Below the pieces are notes generated by a model. The model worked only from the letters and a program-made list of their open reading frames with translations, was not told the origin of the DNA and ran no database searches. Below, piece after piece: positions 58,388-64,000 of a stretch of DNA of 64,000 nucleotides. How positions within the stretch are numbered: the first letter of the stretch is position 1; every line of letters starts with the position of its first letter. The DNA comes from Bacteroidia bacterium (GTDB taxonomy: Bacteria > Bacteroidota > Bacteroidia > M30B66). The stretch spans positions 2,496,001 through 2,560,000 of the forward strand of contig OZ257142.1 in the NCBI GenBank assembly GCA_965279035.1, written 5' to 3'. A program made the position numbers and the translations under genes.

Positions 58388-58525
58388 TGTGCTGGTGTGC
58401 TAATGTGTTAATGACCTATTAATCAACTTACCAGCATATCAGCCATCATCATCTAATCATCACATCATATAATCACCACATCATCTAATCATCACATCAT
58501 CTAATCAGCAAATCAGCACATCACC
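58386..58525. repeat. Inverted octamer/16-mer tandem arrays
   Basis: aatgtgct ggtgtgct aatgtgtt (left arm); catcatctaatcatca-like 16-mer x4 at 58447-58510 plus aatcagcacatc (right arm), running up to the hutI ATG. Confidence 0.85.
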
Positions 58526-59758
58526 ATGACTCTTCTCATCAAAAACATAGGTCAATTAATTCAAGTTCGTCCTGAAGCACCAAAAATGTTGAAAGGCGCC
58601 GAAATGAGTGAATTACCTTGCATTGAAAATGCATGGATTTTAATCATAGATGGATTGATTCATTCATTTGGAGAAATGGAAAGTTGTCCATATTCAGCCG
58701 ATGAAATTCAAGATGCAGAAGGTGGATTTGTTTTTCCTTCTTGGTGCGATAGTCATACGCATATTGTCTATGCTGGTAGTCGAGAATCAGAATTTGTAGA
58801 TAAAATTCATGGTCTCAGCTACGAAGAAATTGCTCGTCGTGGTGGTGGTATTCTAAATTCTGCCAGAAAATTACAAGCTACTTCCGAAGATGAATTGTTC
58901 AATCAAGCATTGAAAAGAGCCATTGAAATTCAATCGTATGGTACCGGAGCTATTGAAATAAAAAGTGGCTATGGATTAACAGTCGACGATGAACTGAAAA
59001 TGCTTCGTGTTATAAAGCGAATTCGCCATGCAACTGATTTAACCATTCGTGCAACATTTTTAGGTGCTCATGCAATCCCTTCCGAATACAAGGAAAATCG
59101 TTCTGCATATATCGATTTAATTGTAGATCAAATGTTACCTAAAGTTATCTCCGAAGGACTAGCCGATTTTGTCGATGTGTTTTGCGACAAAGGTTTCTTT
59201 ACAATCGATGAAACCGATCGTATTCTAGAAGCTGCAAAAAGATTGGGACTTCGAGCAAAAATTCACGCCAACGAACTCGATTATTCGGGAGGAATTCAAG
59301 TTGGCGTTAAACACAATGCACTTAGTGTTGATCATTTGGAATATACAGGTGAAGAAGAAATGGAGGTGTTACTCAAAAGTGATACAATGCCGACCTTATT
59401 GCCTTCAACAGCATTTTTCCTAAAAATAAAACAACCACCTGCCCGTGAAATGATCGCAGCAGGACTACCCATCGCGCTAGCAAGTGATTATAATCCGGGT
59501 TCATCTCCTTCGGGACGTATGCAATTTGTCCTCAGTTTGGCTTGCATCAATTTATGTATGACACCCGAAGAAGCTATCAATGCAGCTACTATTAATTCGG
59601 CTTATGCTATGGGATTGCACGAAACACATGGAAGTATTACTCCTGGTAAAGTGGCGAATTTATTTATCACTTCACAAATTCCATCCTATGCATTTCTGCC
59701 CTATGCTTTTGGAACCGACTTGGTAAAAAACATCATTTTAAATGGAGTAATGCAATAA
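58526..59758 (+). CDS. hutI: Imidazolonepropionase
   Basis: DSHTH, Y.EI...GGGI, EIKSGYGL, FLGAH, DVFC, H.NE, DHLE and ASDYNPGS motifs. Confidence 0.96.
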   Translation: MTLLIKNIGQLIQVRPEAPKMLKGAEMSELPCIENAWILIIDGLIHSFGEMESCPYSADEIQDAEGGFVFPSWCDSHTHIVYAGSRESEFVDKIHGLSYEEIARRGGGILNSARKLQATSEDELFNQALKRAIEIQSYGTGAIEIKSGYGLTVDDELKMLRVIKRIRHATDLTIRATFLGAHAIPSEYKENRSAYIDLIVDQMLPKVISEGLADFVDVFCDKGFFTIDETDRILEAAKRLGLRAKIHANELDYSGGIQVGVKHNALSVDHLEYTGEEEMEVLLKSDTMPTLLPSTAFFLKIKQPPAREMIAAGLPIALASDYNPGSSPSGRMQFVLSLACINLCMTPEEAINAATINSAYAMGLHETHGSITPGKVANLFITSQIPSYAFLPYAFGTDLVKNIILNGVMQ

Positions 59759-59797
59759 TGTGATACCATCCTTCATTCTCTATTAAATTCTACCAGT

Positions 59798-60523
59798 ATG
59801 AAAAATGTGTTTTCATTCCTTGCAAGTATCCTATTTCTAACGGCACAAGCACAAGAAATTCCAGCTATTAAAGTCACCGGTGTGGCTAATATGGATGTAA
59901 CTCCTGATATCGCTGTATTCTCACTTCAACTGAATGCACGGAATAAATCAGAAAGTCTAAGTATTCAAGATTTAACAGTCGTTTCGAATAATGTCCTAAC
60001 CAAATTAAAGGAGCTTGGTTATAGTGAAAAGGAAATCATTTTAAACAATTATTCAGTAGATGCTAATTATGATTATGTAGGTGATAAATCCAAACGTAAC
60101 GGATATAGAGCCACTCAAAATCTCACCGTTAAAACACGATTAAGTAAAGACATCATTCTAAAAACATTGAAAGCATTTTCAACGGATGATGCCCGTCAAA
60201 CGTACATTACATACAATTCAATTTGTTCCGATAGTTTACAAAAAGCAGTAGAGAAAAAACTCATTGAGCAAGCTATAATGGATGCATCCGAAAAAGCGAA
60301 CATCATTGCTATTTCGTTAAAAGTTAAACTCTCACAAGTGCAACAAGTTTTTTATGAAGTAAATGAAGGCTACGGTTCAGGAAACGGTCTTGTCTATGGA
60401 AATAGTTCTGGTAAAGCAATGAATGAAATGGACCTTGTCAACGAAACCTATTTCACCATAGAAAAAGAAAATTTTACCAAATCTGTCCGCATCGATTTTG
60501 GAATTGAGCAATATAAACCCTGA
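59798..60523 (+). CDS. SIMPL/DUF541 domain protein
   Basis: Signal peptide; I.VTG.A...V.PD.A, GY.ATQ and A..DA..KA..IA motifs. Confidence 0.88.
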   Translation: MKNVFSFLASILFLTAQAQEIPAIKVTGVANMDVTPDIAVFSLQLNARNKSESLSIQDLTVVSNNVLTKLKELGYSEKEIILNNYSVDANYDYVGDKSKRNGYRATQNLTVKTRLSKDIILKTLKAFSTDDARQTYITYNSICSDSLQKAVEKKLIEQAIMDASEKANIIAISLKVKLSQVQQVFYEVNEGYGSGNGLVYGNSSGKAMNEMDLVNETYFTIEKENFTKSVRIDFGIEQYKP

Positions 60524-60526
60524 TTG

Positions 60527-61276
60527 CTAAAACCATTGAATACTTCCATGCACAAAGGCTTCTTCTACTCCATTTTCAAGTTGAAGAACTAAGCGCCCTT
60601 GCTCATCAACACATTCAATTGTTGCCTGAAAATCTTTTCCATCTTTTTGAAAAGTATGCAATTGACCTCGTTTCCATAAAAGCGAATTGTATTCTTGTGA
60701 AATCAAATTTCGTTGCCCCGATCGCAACTTCAAGTAATAAACTTCTAGCTGTTTGCTCAATAAATTCATCACATCATCTAATTTTAGTTCACGACCTAAT
60801 TCCATCGCCATTGAAACTGGATTCCCGCCAGAAACTTGAAATGAAGTTTGATTCACATTCAATCCAATTCCAGCCAAACAACTGACAATCTGGCTGCCCT
60901 TCACCGACGTTTCGACTAGGATGCCTGCCAATTTTCGATTTTCCAGAAAAATGTCGTTGGGCCATTTAATTCGAATAAATGAAGCTGGTATAATCAACTC
61001 AGCTGTCCTTGCAACAGCTACAGCAATAGCTTTATTCAGAATATATTGATCTTCAATTAAAATAAATCCAGGTCGAAGAATGTAGGTTAAGGTTAAATTT
61101 TTTCCTGGTTCAGAATACCATGAATTCCCACGTTGTCCGCGCCCACCAGTCTGTTCACGGGCTACAATGACAGCACCTTCAGCAATATTTCTTTGAAGTA
61201 CAGTGGCAGCAAAATTGTTGGTCGACTCGACGCTGTCCAAACGGATTACGTGGCGGCCCATAAATAAGAGTTCCAT
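60527..61276 (-). CDS. birA: Biotin--[acetyl-CoA-carboxylase] ligase, group I with no HTH (start revised to about 61276)
   Basis: STN, QT.GRGQRG..W, IKWPND, K.AGILVE and GIGLNVN motifs. Confidence 0.93.
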   Translation of the reverse strand: MELLFMGRHVIRLDSVESTNNFAATVLQRNIAEGAVIVAREQTGGRGQRGNSWYSEPGKNLTLTYILRPGFILIEDQYILNKAIAVAVARTAELIIPASFIRIKWPNDIFLENRKLAGILVETSVKGSQIVSCLAGIGLNVNQTSFQVSGGNPVSMAMELGRELKLDDVMNLLSKQLEVYYLKLRSGQRNLISQEYNSLLWKRGQLHTFQKDGKDFQATIECVDEQGRLVLQLENGVEEAFVHGSIQWF

Positions 61277-61320
61277 AATCGGCAGAAATACTAAATTTGT
61301 CGCAACAATCAAGCATCTGA

Positions 61321-61710
61321 ATGAAAAAGAAGGCAGCATCTATTGCTACTGACTCCGCTGAAGCACTGATCGACCCGATCATCAAAGGAATCGAAGAAAA
61401 GAAAGGTAAAAACATCCAGATCTTCGATCTGCGGCAGACAGGACATTCGGTCTGCGATTTTTTCGTCATCTGTAACGCCGATTCGGGCACGCAGGTAGAT
61501 GCAATCGCATATTCGGTTGAACACGAAGTGAAAGTAGCCACAGGAGAGTCTCCTTGGCGAAGCGAGGGTTTTGAAAACCAAGAGTGGATTTTGATTGATT
61601 ACGTAAATGTAGTTGTTCATTGTTTTCAAACTTCCATCCGAGACTTTTATAAAATTGAACGACTCTGGGCAGATGCAACTGTTCGAGTAATACCAGAATC
61701 TGTTGCTTGA
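61321..61710 (+). CDS. rsfS: Ribosome silencing factor
   Basis: EEKKG.NI...DL, DFFVIC, QV.AIA, WIL.DY..VVVH.F and R.FY.IE.LW.D motifs; TAAATTTG box upstream. Confidence 0.95.
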   Translation: MKKKAASIATDSAEALIDPIIKGIEEKKGKNIQIFDLRQTGHSVCDFFVICNADSGTQVDAIAYSVEHEVKVATGESPWRSEGFENQEWILIDYVNVVVHCFQTSIRDFYKIERLWADATVRVIPESVA

Positions 61711-61770
61711 TAAACTAATCAGCGAAAATTGTGTTTTGCTTACACTATTAATCACGCTTTGAATTTCCAA

Positions 61771-63936
61771 ATGGCTGAACAACCTCAAAATAATAATCCG
61801 GGTACACCCAAAAATTCCGGAAACCGTAGACTCTTTCCTCAATCTGGTAAACCTAAGCCTTCAAGTGGTGGAGGTTCCAATTTTTACTGGATTTATGGAA
61901 TCATTACTTTGCTTTTTATTGGTTCGTATTTTTATAATGTAGGAACAAATACCCGCGAAATTAAAACCGACAAATTCACCGAGATGCTTACTGCCGGTGA
62001 TGTGAAAGAAATTACTGTTGTAAATAAAGAATTTGCGGAAATAACCATTAAAAAGGAAAAACTGGTTAAGCCTGAATACAATAACCTGAAATCACCGAAT
62101 ATGAGTTCTTCGGTTGAAAATGGTCCTCATTATAATTATACTATCGGTTCAGTTGAAGATTTAAATAAAATCATTGATAGTGCTCAAGTAAATATCCCTC
62201 CTACACTTCAAGTTCATCCTAGTTATGAATCACGAAAAAATTGGAGTGGTGAAATTTTAAGCTGGGTAATTTTACTTGGAATAGTATTTCTTTTCTGGAT
62301 TTTTCTTATTCGCAGAATGGGCGGCGGCGGCGGCGGCGGACAAATATTTAATATCGGAAAAAGTAGAGCACAACTGTTTGATAAAGACACGCATGTTACT
62401 GTTACGTTTGACAACGTTGCTGGCTTAGATGAAGCAAAAGTTGAGATTAGAGAAATTGTAGATTTCCTTAAGAACCCAAAAAAATATACTGTTTTGGGTG
62501 GTAAAATTCCACGCGGGGCATTGTTAGTAGGACCTCCAGGAACTGGAAAAACCTTGTTAGCTAAAGCAGTTGCTGGTGAAGCTCAAGTTCCTTTTTTCTC
62601 TCTTTCAGGTTCTGATTTCGTAGAAATGTTTGTTGGTGTTGGAGCAAGTCGGGTTCGGGATTTATTCAAGCAAGCCAAAGAAAAAGCACCTGCAATTATC
62701 TTCATCGATGAAATTGATGCCATTGGACGTGCTCGTGGAAAAAACCCAATGGCTGGTGCAAATGATGAACGTGAAAACACACTCAATCAATTGCTCACCG
62801 AAATGGACGGATTTGGAACCAATAACGGTGTAATTATCCTTGCGGCTACAAACCGTGCTGATATTCTAGATCGCGCATTACTTCGTCCGGGACGTTTCGA
62901 TCGTCAGATATATGTTGAGCTTCCTGACTTGAATGGTCGTCGTGAAATTTTCAAAGTGCATTTGAAACCAATCAAAACCGACCAAACATTAGATATCGAA
63001 TTCTTAGCTCGTCAAACGCCTGGTTTCTCCGGTGCAGACATAGCCAATGTGTGTAATGAAGCCGCCTTGATTGCTGCTCGTAAAAACAAAGATGTTGTTG
63101 GTAAGCAAGACTTCCTCGATGCTGTAGATCGTATCATTGGTGGTTTAGAGAAGAAGAATAAGATCATCTCTATGGATGAAAAACGAGTGATTGCCTTTCA
63201 TGAAGCTGGACATGCTTCGGTAAGTTGGTTACTCGAACATGCTTCACCTTTGGTAAAAGTAACCATTGTACCACGCGGTCAATCATTAGGTGCTGCTTGG
63301 TACCTTCCTGAAGAACGCTCAATTACTACGTTTGAGCAGTTGCTTGATGAAATGTGTGCCGCATTGGGTGGAAGAGCTGCCGAAGAAGTAACATTTGGAA
63401 AAATATCTACCGGTGCTTTAAGTGATTTGGAAAAAATTACGAAACAAGCCTATGCTATGGTAACAATTTATGGCTTGAATGATAAAATTGGAAACATCAG
63501 TTTCTATGATTCTTCTGGTCAATCAGAATATAGTTTTAATCGCCCTTACAGCGAAAAAACAGCGGAGACTATTGATCAGGAAGTGAAAAAACTGATCGAC
63601 ATGGCGTATGAGAGAACGAAGAAAATTCTTCATGAAAATAAATCTAAATTGGATGCATTGGCTGCAATTCTTTTAGAACGTGAAGTTATTTTCCGTGAAG
63701 ACTTAGAAGAAATATTTGGCAAACGAATTTGGGATAAAGACGACCTAAGTGCTAGTTCTGATATTTCGCGTTCTTATAAAGATCAAATGAATGATAATCT
63801 AGAAATTGCTGCTGCAGCTTCGGCAAAAGAAAAAGAAAACAATTCTAAGGATTCTGATTCTAATGCATTACCTATCGTAGAAAATGCAGTTTCAAAACAA
63901 AAACAAGAAAGAACAAATCCTTCGGAAGAAGCTTGA
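61771..63936 (+). CDS. ftsH: ATP-dependent zinc metalloprotease (start revised to the ATG at 61771)
   Basis: Two TM helices, [27 protein letters not shown] and GA.SDL motifs. Confidence 0.98.
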   Translation: MAEQPQNNNPGTPKNSGNRRLFPQSGKPKPSSGGGSNFYWIYGIITLLFIGSYFYNVGTNTREIKTDKFTEMLTAGDVKEITVVNKEFAEITIKKEKLVKPEYNNLKSPNMSSSVENGPHYNYTIGSVEDLNKIIDSAQVNIPPTLQVHPSYESRKNWSGEILSWVILLGIVFLFWIFLIRRMGGGGGGGQIFNIGKSRAQLFDKDTHVTVTFDNVAGLDEAKVEIREIVDFLKNPKKYTVLGGKIPRGALLVGPPGTGKTLLAKAVAGEAQVPFFSLSGSDFVEMFVGVGASRVRDLFKQAKEKAPAIIFIDEIDAIGRARGKNPMAGANDERENTLNQLLTEMDGFGTNNGVIILAATNRADILDRALLRPGRFDRQIYVELPDLNGRREIFKVHLKPIKTDQTLDIEFLARQTPGFSGADIANVCNEAALIAARKNKDVVGKQDFLDAVDRIIGGLEKKNKIISMDEKRVIAFHEAGHASVSWLLEHASPLVKVTIVPRGQSLGAAWYLPEERSITTFEQLLDEMCAALGGRAAEEVTFGKISTGALSDLEKITKQAYAMVTIYGLNDKIGNISFYDSSGQSEYSFNRPYSEKTAETIDQEVKKLIDMAYERTKKILHENKSKLDALAAILLEREVIFREDLEEIFGKRIWDKDDLSASSDISRSYKDQMNDNLEIAAAASAKEKENNSKDSDSNALPIVENAVSKQKQERTNPSEEA

Positions 63937-63960
63937 TGTTTCAAAATAAATGAATGATTT

Positions 63961-63993
63961 AAAAGGGCAACTCAGGTTGTCCTTTTCTATTTT
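63961..63993 (+). terminator. Intrinsic terminator of ftsH
   Basis: AAAAGGGCAAC-tcag-GTTGTCCTTTT hairpin followed by a T-rich tail. Confidence 0.8.
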
Positions 63994-64000
63994 ACAATAT

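Noticed and set aside
61179-61842. Minus-strand ORFs of 120, 177 and 70 aa over rsfS
   Set aside because: Antisense shadows of the well-supported rsfS and ftsH genes, with no recognisable motifs.
62320-62340. (GGC)n run in ftsH as a phase-variable repeat
   Set aside because: In-frame triplets encoding the usual Gly-rich linker after the second TM helix of FtsH.

Overview
AT-rich chromosomal segment of a Bacteroidota bacterium. Support for this assignment: the bamD-rpoZ-coaBC-DUF4835 operon, T9SS sorting domains, TAnnTTTG promoters, DUF3127/DUF2461 and the birA-rsfS-ftsH arrangement. About 50 CDS, mostly housekeeping and envelope functions: split pntAB, trxB, etfBA, mnmE, hemB, hutI, ftsH, alpha-2-macroglobulin, a TonB receptor, an S9 peptidase, three exported nucleases and a RES-Xre toxin-antitoxin pair. 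I found no rRNA, tRNA, CRISPR array, integrase or transposase. The least explained signals are non-coding. (1) Two diverged copies of one GC-rich structured element (16757-16835 and 57220-57289, opposite orientations), each beside an EEP-nuclease gene and each in DNA whose G/C strand bias follows the element's orientation. (2) Hairpin plus 7/8/16-mer tandem-repeat cassettes before mnmE and hutI. (3) An orphan promoter-terminator unit (candidate sRNA or 12-aa CxxC peptide) next to a NarL regulator. (4) A 42-aa membrane ORF missed by the ORF track. Family assignments come from motif recognition by eye; no searches were run.
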